The translations under genes were made by a program, and so were the position numbers. From positions 4,746 through 68,745 of IMG/VR virus record IMGVR_UViG_3300023107_000002: a stretch of DNA of 64,000 nt; one strand, written 5' to 3'. The notes under the pieces were generated by a model. It saw only the letters and a program-made list of their open reading frames with translations. It was not told the DNA's origin and searched no databases. Source of the stretch: a virus (taxonomy: Duplodnaviria; Caudoviricetes). Below, in pieces: positions 10,107 through 17,661 of the stretch. The stretch's first letter is position 1, and every line of letters begins with the position of its first letter.

Positions 10107-10204
10107 ATAATTGGGTGGAATTCGACCCAATTGAATGAACCTCTATCCAGTCAACACAAGGTCAAAAATCGACTTTTTTTGCCCTTGTTTTTAACATAAA
10201 GTCA

Positions 10205-10441
10205 TTAGGTGGCACTATCCAGCGCACTCACAACGCAACTCCCAAACTCCTCCGCATATTCCTTCAACGCCCCGTCCTGGCTGTTGAAAGTCCATCTGTC
10301 GGTATAGGACAAGGAACCCCAATAAAAATTGTTTGCATACAAATGCCACGTTGCACTTGACCCGGCGCCCATCACCTGCGATAATTCGCCGTGGTGGGTT
10401 TTGTTGAGGTAGGTGAAGGTGACGGGTATAGGCATCATCAA
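10205..10441 (-). CDS. Hypothetical protein downstream of integrase
   Basis: 4-nt overlap with the integrase stop codon. Confidence 0.6.
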   Translation of the reverse strand: MMMPIPVTFTYLNKTHHGELSQVMGAGSSATWHLYANNFYWGSLSYTDRWTFNSQDGALKEYAEEFGSCVVSALDSAT

Positions 10442-11505
10442 CCCAGATCAATATTTATCTTATCCGTCCCGGTCCGTTTCATTTCGTTGGCAGTGTTCAC
10501 ATAACGCTGCGTGTGTTTCATGCTCGTATGCCCAAGTAGCTTCGATGTTGTCAGCACATCAATATCATTGAGGATCAGGTTGGTTCCAAACGAATGCCTC
10601 CCGTTATGCCAGGTAATTTTCTTTGTGATCTTTGCCCGTTCAACCCAGTCTTTCAGTGCGTAGTTTGCACCGTTCGCTGTGCCCAATGTGAATACAAGGC
10701 TGTTAGGCTTCCCCGGCTCACCGAGCAACTTGATTGCAGAAGCATTAAGCGGGATCGTTACCTCGTCTGATGTTTTGGCCTGGGTAATATGAAGTGAAGC
10801 TGAATCAAGTCTTACGCAGGACCAAGTTAATGCTTTGATGTCAGCCCATCGTAAGCCAGTGACACAGGTGAAAAGAAACGCCCGTTTCATCTCAGTAGCC
10901 TTTGTTTCAGTTGCATTAAGTCGCTTCAATTCATCCAAGGTCAGCACGTCTTTCTTTTTTGCTTTGCCCCGGATCTTCTTTTCAACAAAATCAAGTACAT
11001 TCTCCCGCATCATCTTTTTGCGGTACGCATGTTTGATCATCTTCTTGAACCGGTTATAATAAGAAGATGGTCCTTCACCTGTGCAAGTATCTTCTAAATG
11101 GTTCATGTACCCTTCGATCAGCAAGGCGTCAAGGTTTGCAAATGCGACATTTGAACGGTGCTGCAGAAACTCTTTGAACCGCTTCAGCGCACCTTCCATG
11201 TTCCGTTTGTCCTTCTTCGTGTACCCGTTCACATACGCCTGCATCCAGGCAACGACCGAAACGCTGGTATCTTTATTGGCGACTACATTATAATTATTTG
11301 CTTCAAGTTCTGCACCGTAGGACACTGCAATCTTTTCCGCTTGTCTTATTTTTGCTTTATTATCTTCCCTGGCTTCCGGCGTGGTAGGTTTAGCAAGCTG
11401 CAAGTGTTTCAATGTTTCAATGGATCGCTTACCATCCCGGTAAATGTCCAGTCGAAGGGAGATGGTGCCGTCCGCGTTTTTTCGTTTTCTTAAAGTTACA
11501 CTCAT
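10438..11505 (-). CDS. int: Tyrosine integrase (Bacteroidota arm-binding type)
   Basis: N-terminal arm-binding domain (SLRLDIYRDGKRSIETL); catalytic TGLR, HNGRHSF, LLGH, TQRY. Confidence 0.97.
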   Translation of the reverse strand: MSVTLRKRKNADGTISLRLDIYRDGKRSIETLKHLQLAKPTTPEAREDNKAKIRQAEKIAVSYGAELEANNYNVVANKDTSVSVVAWMQAYVNGYTKKDKRNMEGALKRFKEFLQHRSNVAFANLDALLIEGYMNHLEDTCTGEGPSSYYNRFKKMIKHAYRKKMMRENVLDFVEKKIRGKAKKKDVLTLDELKRLNATETKATEMKRAFLFTCVTGLRWADIKALTWSCVRLDSASLHITQAKTSDEVTIPLNASAIKLLGEPGKPNSLVFTLGTANGANYALKDWVERAKITKKITWHNGRHSFGTNLILNDIDVLTTSKLLGHTSMKHTQRYVNTANEMKRTGTDKINIDLG

Positions 11506-11526
11506 GTTTGACTCTGGTTGACTTCA

Positions 11527-11762
11527 AGGTACAGATTTGTTACTTGAGGTACAACAGGGGAACGCAAATAGCGCAAATGAGAACCCGGACAACGGCACAC
11601 TTAAGTCAAGTCAAAACATTAAAACGTAGGCTGAACGGGCGTTCTGCAGCATAAAAAAACCTCTCCGAAGAGAGGCCAAGTGCCCAGGACTGGCACATTT
11701 TTGTTGGCTAAGAGGTAGGCTGGTATTAGGTTTGCCTTTATTAAGGTACAACTAAGGCACAA
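11527..11762. other. attP region: tRNA 3'-end core (11680-11693) with AGGTACA arm-type repeats
   Basis: Minus strand CCAGTCCTGGGCAC resembles T-stem 3' strand, acceptor strand and discriminator of a tRNA-Leu; AGGTACA at 11527, 11547, 11744 and AGGCACA at 11756. Confidence 0.65.
11653..11675 (-). terminator. Intrinsic terminator directly 3' of the tRNA-like att core
   Basis: Minus strand cctctc-ttcg-gagagg followed by T7. Confidence 0.85.
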
Positions 11763-11770
11763 ATATTACA

Positions 11771-12019
11771 TTATCCGGTCGCAAGCATCCTTCCCGCAAC
11801 ATAATTGTCAGCGATAATATCCTGCTCAGTTGAAGTAACATTTGATTCACCCAGCATCCATTTTTCCAACCTCTCCCGGTCAAAAAAAATACTTCTTCGA
11901 TTTGGTTTACTGTGCGGGATTATGTTTTTGCTTGTCAACTTGTACATGTAAGATTTCTTATACCCTGTATAAAGACAAGCCTCGTCAAAAGTCAAAACCT
12001 TCTTAAGTAGAATATCCAT
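11771..12019 (-). CDS. xis: Excisionase (HTH_17/MerR-like)
   Basis: VLTFDEACLYTGYKKSYMYKLTSKNIIPHSKPN...IFFDRERLEKW, typical Bacteroidota Xis. Confidence 0.9.
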   Translation of the reverse strand: MDILLKKVLTFDEACLYTGYKKSYMYKLTSKNIIPHSKPNRRSIFFDRERLEKWMLGESNVTSTEQDIIADNYVAGRMLATG

Positions 12020-12084
12020 AGCGTAACGGTTTAATAAACGCTAAGTAAGGCAATAGTTTTCTTTTTGACAACTATTTGTATATT

Positions 12085-12360
12085 TTACTTATCCGGCTTG
12101 TGTCGTATAAGGTAAATAAAAATAAGAACAACTACCGGGGCTCCGCAATACACGACAAACTCGCTAAGATCGTACTGTTCAAATAACGTTGGTTGATAAT
12201 CAAAGACTTTAAAACCATCTAAAAAATTGCCTTCAGTCACTGATACAGGGCTATTGTCCAGAGGCCAAAACTTAAATTTATATTTCCCATCCCTGGCTAA
12301 GCTCAGTACCACTAAATGTATGAATATCCATAATGATAAAACCGCAATCCACTTTCTCAT
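12085..12360 (-). CDS. Small membrane protein in immunity region (possible superinfection exclusion)
   Basis: Two hydrophobic segments; lies between cI-like gene and xis. Confidence 0.5.
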   Translation of the reverse strand: MRKWIAVLSLWIFIHLVVLSLARDGKYKFKFWPLDNSPVSVTEGNFLDGFKVFDYQPTLFEQYDLSEFVVYCGAPVVVLIFIYLIRHKPDK

Positions 12361-12528
12361 AGGGTTTTAAGTTTTCTTTAATAAAATAAACTTCAGTATC
12401 ATTTTATGATCACTACATTGTATATCCAACCCCTGAAAAACAATTGCTTATCACTGTCAGCCCTTGATATAGTTACTTAATCCGTACACCCTTAAACTAT
12501 GAAATCATGGACAGTTGTTTGTCATGCC

Positions 12529-12954
12529 CTAAGAAACACCGTTGCCCTTGCTCCGCGCTCTCTGCGAAACTTCGCGCAAAGTTTTGTCCTTTTTTGAATC
12601 AGCAATCAAATGCTCGTAAAGTTCAGCTAATAACCGCTGATTTACCTGTACAGCCTCCCAGACATCGTCTAAACTAGATTCTTCTTCTCTTTTCTCTAAA
12701 AGGCGGTAGTATTTAGCCTGGTAATCATCATTAGCATGGTTACCAGTTTTCAATTTGTATACTTCAACAAACTTCAGATATTTGGTATAAGGAATATTTC
12801 TCCTATTCTTTACCACGTTTGATAAGCTCGTTTTGTCATATTTTATAGAAGTCGCAAGCACAGTGTAATCCTTTACTGTCCCATCTTTTATCAACTTATC
12901 AGCCTGCTCCAAAAACTGTTTAGTCAGATCTGTTTGCTCGAAAGGCTTGGGCAT
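12529..12954 (-). CDS. CI-like repressor (XRE HTH, no peptidase domain)
   Basis: HTH-like YTVLATSIKYDKTSLSNVVKNRRNIP; divergent from small cro-like gene. Confidence 0.65.
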   Translation of the reverse strand: MPKPFEQTDLTKQFLEQADKLIKDGTVKDYTVLATSIKYDKTSLSNVVKNRRNIPYTKYLKFVEVYKLKTGNHANDDYQAKYYRLLEKREEESSLDDVWEAVQVNQRLLAELYEHLIADSKKDKTLREVSQRARSKGNGVS

Positions 12955-13063
12955 TGATTCAGGTATTGTAAAAATATTTTGAAAATAATCTGCATATTAG
13001 TTTGCAGAATGAAAACTGTTTGTATATTTACATCGTACTCTAATACGAACTAAAGACAAGATA
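12955..13063. promoter_or_regulatory. Divergent lysis/lysogeny promoter-operator region
   Basis: AT-rich; -7-like TATATTTACATC at ~13023; palindrome tctgca-N8-tgcaga at ~12989-13008. Confidence 0.6.
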
Positions 13064-13297
13064 ATGAAACTTACCGAACAGGCTAAAACCGCTACCAATA
13101 AGCTGCAAACCAGATTGAAATTAGCGCTCGCTCTTAAAGTTTCTGAGAGGTGGATTTCGAAGATTCTTGAAACCAACCCGGATGATAATCTACTAACAAA
13201 GGCAGTCGCAATGAAGATTATCAAGAAAGAAACAGGGCTAAGACAATCGGAAATTCTTGAGGCATCAGAAGTAAGCCCTGCAAAGATGGCATCGTAA
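13064..13297 (+). CDS. Cro-like HTH protein
   Basis: 77 aa, LKLALALKVSERWISKIL; divergent from repressor. Confidence 0.7.
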   Translation: MKLTEQAKTATNKLQTRLKLALALKVSERWISKILETNPDDNLLTKAVAMKIIKKETGLRQSEILEASEVSPAKMAS

Positions 13298-13329
13298 CTA
13301 ACTCGTTCCTATACCCTAAACTGGTAAAA

Positions 13330-13872
13330 ATGAAAACCAAATATTATATCTACACGCTTCACAATCCTTACAACGGAGATGTATTTTATGTTGGTTGTAC
13401 AACGAATCCAGAGAAAAGGTACCAAGGTCACGTCAACCACTCGGTTTATGATTTTACAAAGAGAAAGGCGTACATCCTATCTCTAGAGTGTGATCCTGTA
13501 ATGAAAATAATTGAAGAGGTTATTTGCGACAAATTGAAATCATGTATTGTCGAGTCGTATTGGATTGAGTTGTTCAGAAATGCAGGATACCCGATCACAA
13601 ATCAAAAAACTCCGGACTGGATTAAAGGGGAAATAAAACGGTACACTCCACGGTTTAAAACGATACAGGCCAAAGAAGGGACTTTACTCGCTGATGTTTG
13701 CCTCACTCTCGCTTCTGCAATAGAATCAGTTGAGCAGCTGGAAGAGATGAAAAGTGAAATAGAAAATAAAGAAGGCGCTAAAACATCCGGCAATCTTTCT
13801 GAAAGCGAAATCCCAAAAACACCTGGGAGAAAAGGTTCGCGGCTACCAGTCATTCATCTCAATACAGTTTAA
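13330..13872 (+). CDS. GIY-YIG nuclease domain protein
   Basis: YYIYTL...FYVGCTTNPEKRYQGH...ESYWI. Confidence 0.85.
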   Translation: MKTKYYIYTLHNPYNGDVFYVGCTTNPEKRYQGHVNHSVYDFTKRKAYILSLECDPVMKIIEEVICDKLKSCIVESYWIELFRNAGYPITNQKTPDWIKGEIKRYTPRFKTIQAKEGTLLADVCLTLASAIESVEQLEEMKSEIENKEGAKTSGNLSESEIPKTPGRKGSRLPVIHLNTV

Positions 13873-13913
13873 TACTCCGCAACAAATAAAGTTTTGGTTA
13901 ATAGGGTGTAGGT

Positions 13914-13944
13914 AAAAGGCGGTTGCCCATGAGCCGCTTTTTTT
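13914..13944 (+). terminator. Intrinsic terminator
   Basis: aaaaggcgg ... ccgc-T7. Confidence 0.6.
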
Positions 13945-13969
13945 AAAAAGCAATTCAAAAAACAAAATC

Positions 13970-14377
13970 ATGAATACTCCGACTTACAAAGAACAGTTCG
14001 ACAAGATTACGAGAGCGTATATCGCAGATGAATTACAGCCAACAAATTCATGCGCTTGTTTTATCGGCAATCTTTTGAACAATAATCGCGAATGGGCTAT
14101 GGGGAGAGTCTTTGACTGGAAGAATCACGGTATCGGTGTCGTTGCTAATGAACATTTGATCATGCTGGTAGTTAACGCCGAAGCAAATGGGCTTTACAGC
14201 GCTCAGGAAATTGTTGATATGGAGGATAATTTTCTCTCCATATACAGCGACGGGTTCCAGTCCGAAGACGCCCTTTTCCACGCGATGGAATCCACCCTGG
14301 AAATGCTAAAGCAGATCCACATCAGCAAAGGCGAACAAGTCGATCCAATTCCATTCGCAAAACGTCAGCTGTGCTAA
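13970..14377 (+). CDS. Hypothetical phage protein
   Basis: A-rich initiation context; CACFIG motif. Confidence 0.75.
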   Translation: MNTPTYKEQFDKITRAYIADELQPTNSCACFIGNLLNNNREWAMGRVFDWKNHGIGVVANEHLIMLVVNAEANGLYSAQEIVDMEDNFLSIYSDGFQSEDALFHAMESTLEMLKQIHISKGEQVDPIPFAKRQLC

Positions 14378-14462
14378 CCGCCCTCACCATCCTCACCACC
14401 GCCATCTTCCTGTATCAATTCATCCGCAGGGAGTTTAAAGAACTCGGAAAATTTATTACGAA

Positions 14463-14612
14463 ATGATAACTAGTCTCATCGCAGCAATCGGGTTCGGCTA
14501 CCTGATCTACTCGCCAAGTATCGAACAATTCAGAAAGAGAAAACCGAAGCATGACGGGTCGGTTGCAAAGAGAGTTGGAGGCTATGTTGAATTTATAAAA
14601 ATTAAGCCATGA
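14463..14612 (+). CDS. Small single-TM peptide (49 aa), not in ORF track
   Basis: MITSLIAAIGFGYLIYSPS...; ATGA overlaps with neighbours at both ends. Confidence 0.55.
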   Translation: MITSLIAAIGFGYLIYSPSIEQFRKRKPKHDGSVAKRVGGYVEFIKIKP

Positions 14613-15016
14613 GAGAGATAAAATTCAGAGCCTGGCATAGCAACCAAAATAAAATGTTTTCTGCGGAAGAAATGGCAATCGATCAATTAACTCTTTTGAC
14701 TACTGGCAGGTTTATCAACGTTAGCGGCGCAAGTCAAAGGCTATCGAAAGTAATTAATAGCATGATCCCGTTGCAGTATACCGGATTTTCTGATAAGCAT
14801 AGTGTTGAAGTCTATGACGGTGATATTATTCAGCATTGCATTACAAAAACAAGGTTTGTTATTTACTGGGATCAAAACGGGTTTGCTTTTAAGAAAAAAA
14901 GATTAGACAACGGTAACACGTACAATCTTGATGTACACCAAACTCTACTTGAGGTGATCGGAAATATTTATCAAAATCCCGAATTAATTGAACAATTCCA
15001 AACTCAACCAGCATGA
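14609..15016 (+). CDS. YopX family protein
   Basis: MREIKFRAW...LQYTG..DK...VYDGDII...EVIGNIYQNPEL. Confidence 0.93.
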   Translation: MREIKFRAWHSNQNKMFSAEEMAIDQLTLLTTGRFINVSGASQRLSKVINSMIPLQYTGFSDKHSVEVYDGDIIQHCITKTRFVIYWDQNGFAFKKKRLDNGNTYNLDVHQTLLEVIGNIYQNPELIEQFQTQPA

Positions 15017-15255
15017 CCTACTCCCACATCCCGCTGATCGACGTTCCGGTAGAAGTATTTATCGCTGAGCAGGACAGACGTTTACGCGAAATAGAACCGC
15101 TGCCAATCGGTAGGCACGACTTCTCCCAGGCTACGTATGACGAACAAGTTCGAAGGGAGATAAGGCTTGAAAACAAGCACAACAAAGTGATCATGCTGCA
15201 GCTGATGATGGACGATGAAATGCTAACTCAAAAAGAAGAATTACTCAAATGCTAG
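15013..15255 (+). CDS. Hypothetical protein
   Basis: ATGA overlap in operon. Confidence 0.65.
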   Translation: MTYSHIPLIDVPVEVFIAEQDRRLREIEPLPIGRHDFSQATYDEQVRREIRLENKHNKVIMLQLMMDDEMLTQKEELLKC

Positions 15256-15335
15256 ACTTCATTCAATTAATCGGCTATCCGGTTGGACTGATCGGATGCG
15301 CGGTGTATTATTTCAGAACAAGTAAATAATTAATC

Positions 15336-15491
15336 ATGATACACGAATTACTAGCAATGGCCGTCACTGATCGGTATAAGAATACGCTTTATTCATTTCC
15401 TTCTGATGGGAGTCCATTGATACCTCGCCGAATGCTCAACCAACGCCAACGCAGAAAATTAAATAGGCAAGTTCCAAATCGCAGGAAATAA
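15336..15491 (+). CDS. Arg-rich 51-aa peptide, not in ORF track
   Basis: Ends ...RRMLNQRQRRKLNRQVPNRRK; A-rich start context. Confidence 0.55.
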   Translation: MIHELLAMAVTDRYKNTLYSFPSDGSPLIPRRMLNQRQRRKLNRQVPNRRK

Positions 15492-15546
15492 TGTGCTTAC
15501 CTGCCTCTCCACGAAAAGACCTATGAAAACTTAGGTCATGTTGGAC

Positions 15547-15575
15547 GGAGCCAGTTGAAGGTGCTGGCTCCTTTT
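15547..15575 (+). terminator. Hairpin with U-tract at the 5' edge of the structured RNA region
   Basis: ggagccag-N9-ctggctcc-tttt. Confidence 0.6.
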
Positions 15576-15727
15576 AAAACGAGTAAAACAAGTGCGTCGG
15601 GTGGAAAAACAGGCACATCAGAACCTGCCACAAACGCTCCTTAGTTCTTTCAAAATAATTGTGTTCCTGCGGCCGCTCCTGACTGTACAGAGGCTTAATG
15701 GCTATCAGGAGAAGCAGGGCACAATAC

Positions 15728-15830
15728 GGGGCGATCTACCAATGGCAGGTGTATCATCAAGGGTTCCGTGGTGCGTGAGGCTAACGCATCGCCTTGATGG
15801 GTAGTAGAGGTTCGATTCCTCTTTGCTCCA
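15728..15830 (+). ncRNA. tRNA-Ala-like RNA with extended anticodon arm
   Basis: Acceptor GGGGCGA/TTGCTCC+A (G3.U70, A73); D-arm TACC-AATGGCA-GGTG; T-arm AGAGG-TTCGATT-CCTCT; 5-nt variable loop; 37-nt insert in place of the 7-nt anticodon loop. Confidence 0.75.
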
Positions 15831-16010
15831 CAATACGAACGGATGGCTTAAGTAAGATTTCTTCGACAGTGTTGCTGAATGAAAAAAGAACCATTGAGGG
15901 AATGCAGAAAAGAAGCATGCAGGATCGCACCCTGCTCCGTTCGCCGTAAAAATTCATGGAAGTTTTTTGCTCTTAGGAGTTTTTTGGGGAACGTTCGAAT
16001 CGTCCTGACA

Positions 16011-16033
16011 GGCTGGAAAGACAGCCACTTTTT
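16011..16033 (+). terminator. Hairpin with U-tract at the 3' edge of the structured RNA region
   Basis: ggctg-gaaaga-cagcc-a-ctttttt. Confidence 0.5.
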
Positions 16034-16052
16034 AACCCTTATCAATTCAACC

Positions 16053-16223
16053 ATGCTCAAAACAATCAAAGCCATGCTACTGCTAATCTTAATGCCTGCC
16101 ATTCTACTATCAGTCGCATTGGTCGGCTACTTCGCAATCAAAGAACCGCTACCCGAACCGGACGAACCGCTGCATGAAGAATTGGATGATACAGTTTGGG
16201 GCGGAACATTAAATAATAATTAA
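16053..16223 (+). CDS. Small single-TM protein
   Basis: MLKTIKAMLLLILMPAILLSVALVGYFAIKE; start moved from 15879 to 16053. Confidence 0.6.
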   Translation: MLKTIKAMLLLILMPAILLSVALVGYFAIKEPLPEPDEPLHEELDDTVWGGTLNNN

Positions 16224-16234
16224 AACGAAATACC

Positions 16235-16666
16235 ATGGGAACAAGAGCCGACTTCTACATCAGAAATGAAAAATCAGAACCCATAATGGAATGGCTGGGG
16301 TCTATTGGATTCGATGGATATCCAGACGGGATTGCGCCCGGTGTTTTATATGCCACTGACGAAAATAAATATAGGGAACAGGTTAAATTATTCCTGCAGA
16401 TGGAACAAGGGACGTTGCCTGAGCGCGGTTGGCCATGGCCATGGGATAATAGTCAAACTACTGATTTCTCTTACATATTTGAGAATGATAAAGTACTGGC
16501 TAGTTCGTTCGGCTACCCACTCTTTGATCCGCTTTCCGACATTGAATCTGACGAAGAAGATTTTGACGCTCAGAAAATGACAGGCTTTTTCCCAGACATG
16601 AAGGGCGTTCAAAACGTCCGATTTGATGCAAAGGGATCTGGGATGATAATTATTAATGCAAAATAA
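16235..16666 (+). CDS. Conserved phage protein (MGTRADFY...DGYP family)
   Basis: MGTRADFY, DGYPDG and WPWPWDNSQTTDFSY motifs. Confidence 0.75.
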   Translation: MGTRADFYIRNEKSEPIMEWLGSIGFDGYPDGIAPGVLYATDENKYREQVKLFLQMEQGTLPERGWPWPWDNSQTTDFSYIFENDKVLASSFGYPLFDPLSDIESDEEDFDAQKMTGFFPDMKGVQNVRFDAKGSGMIIINAK

Positions 16667-16769
16667 ACCTATCCCATGCACATAGTAATAGGCACCCTTG
16701 CACTGATCTACTTCATCTGGGCGATCAGGGAATGCACAAAAGAAGACACCTACACCATCACGGTAGATA

Positions 16770-17138
16770 TTGAAAACAATAAAATTGATTGATATGCACA
16801 CCTTCATCCGCGTCTCTCACGACTGGCTTGCAACAGAAGATCGTTATGCCATCACTTATTACATCAATGGCAAGCCGCACTACTTCTCTCAGAACGCTTT
16901 CAACATGGCAAGGCTATGCAAGAAGTTCGAAATCATCACAAACTTTTGCACCGGACCGGTATTGAAAGTAATTACATGGGACCCTGAAACTTTTGAAGAC
17001 GGACATATCACATCTTTAATTCAGTTGGTGGGCAGTTGGTCACAATCCCGCTGGATTGACTTTATTACCTCTTATGAGCAATCCATCATGCTCGGTCAGG
17101 AATTAATTAACGCGAAAGCAAAATATCAGGCAGCATGA
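16770..17138 (+). CDS. Hypothetical protein
   Basis: Operon-coupled ORF; true start may be ATG 16794. Confidence 0.65.
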   Translation: MKTIKLIDMHTFIRVSHDWLATEDRYAITYYINGKPHYFSQNAFNMARLCKKFEIITNFCTGPVLKVITWDPETFEDGHITSLIQLVGSWSQSRWIDFITSYEQSIMLGQELINAKAKYQAA

Positions 17139-17410
17139 GTACAAAACAAGAATGGCAGCCAATAGAAACGGCTCCAAAATACCCAATAGATATCAATTAC
17201 AGAAGTCCAAAGTTTCTTGCTTTAACAGCGGAGCTAGATATCAAAGTAGCATGGTGGGCTTATCCGCATCCCTTATCGCAAAATTATAAAGACAACAGGC
17301 CGCCTTCGGTGGAATACTTGGAGAAGGACATGTTGTTTACACTCAGGCCCACCCATTGGATGCCACTGCCTGAACCTCCTCAACCCGAACCACATGACCC
17401 ACACCGTTGA
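17135..17410 (+). CDS. DUF551-like protein
   Basis: WQPIETAPK...PTHWMPLPEPP. Confidence 0.85.
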   Translation: MSTKQEWQPIETAPKYPIDINYRSPKFLALTAELDIKVAWWAYPHPLSQNYKDNRPPSVEYLEKDMLFTLRPTHWMPLPEPPQPEPHDPHR

Positions 17411-17651
17411 CATCTACTGCCCCGAAATCGACGATTACAAACCGCATGAAGTCGAGTTTAGTATCGAGGGGAAATATGTGCCTGAATGCAAGTACATGCG
17501 AAACGGAGATCCTGGGTACGAAGCGGAATACCCGGAAACGATTATCCATATCATCGAAGGAATTGATCTTAAGACGCTTAGTGCGTTCGAAATGAAGCGG
17601 ATCGAAAAGGAATGTTTTGATAGCAGGATGGTGGAGGAGTGGGAGTATTAA
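17394..17651 (+). CDS. Hypothetical acidic protein
   Basis: Operon-coupled ORF; GDPGY motif. Confidence 0.65.
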   Translation: MTHTVDIYCPEIDDYKPHEVEFSIEGKYVPECKYMRNGDPGYEAEYPETIIHIIEGIDLKTLSAFEMKRIEKECFDSRMVEEWEY

Positions 17652-17661
17652 AATAAAGAAA

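Noticed and set aside
10054-10132. Three adjacent palindromes after the endolysin as attP or a special element
   Set aside because: Explained by convergent terminators; the better att candidate lies between int and xis.
15728-15830. tmRNA, or an intron-containing tRNA spliced by the phage RNA ligase
   Set aside because: Only 103 nt between acceptor halves, with no tag reading frame. The insert starts AAGG, so excision cannot rebuild a Y32-U33 anticodon loop, and there is no bulge-helix-bulge or group I core.
15592-16052. ORFs 15592-15804 and the 5' part of 15879-16223 as proteins
   Set aside because: Poor start context, no recognisable motifs, and overlap with strong RNA stems.
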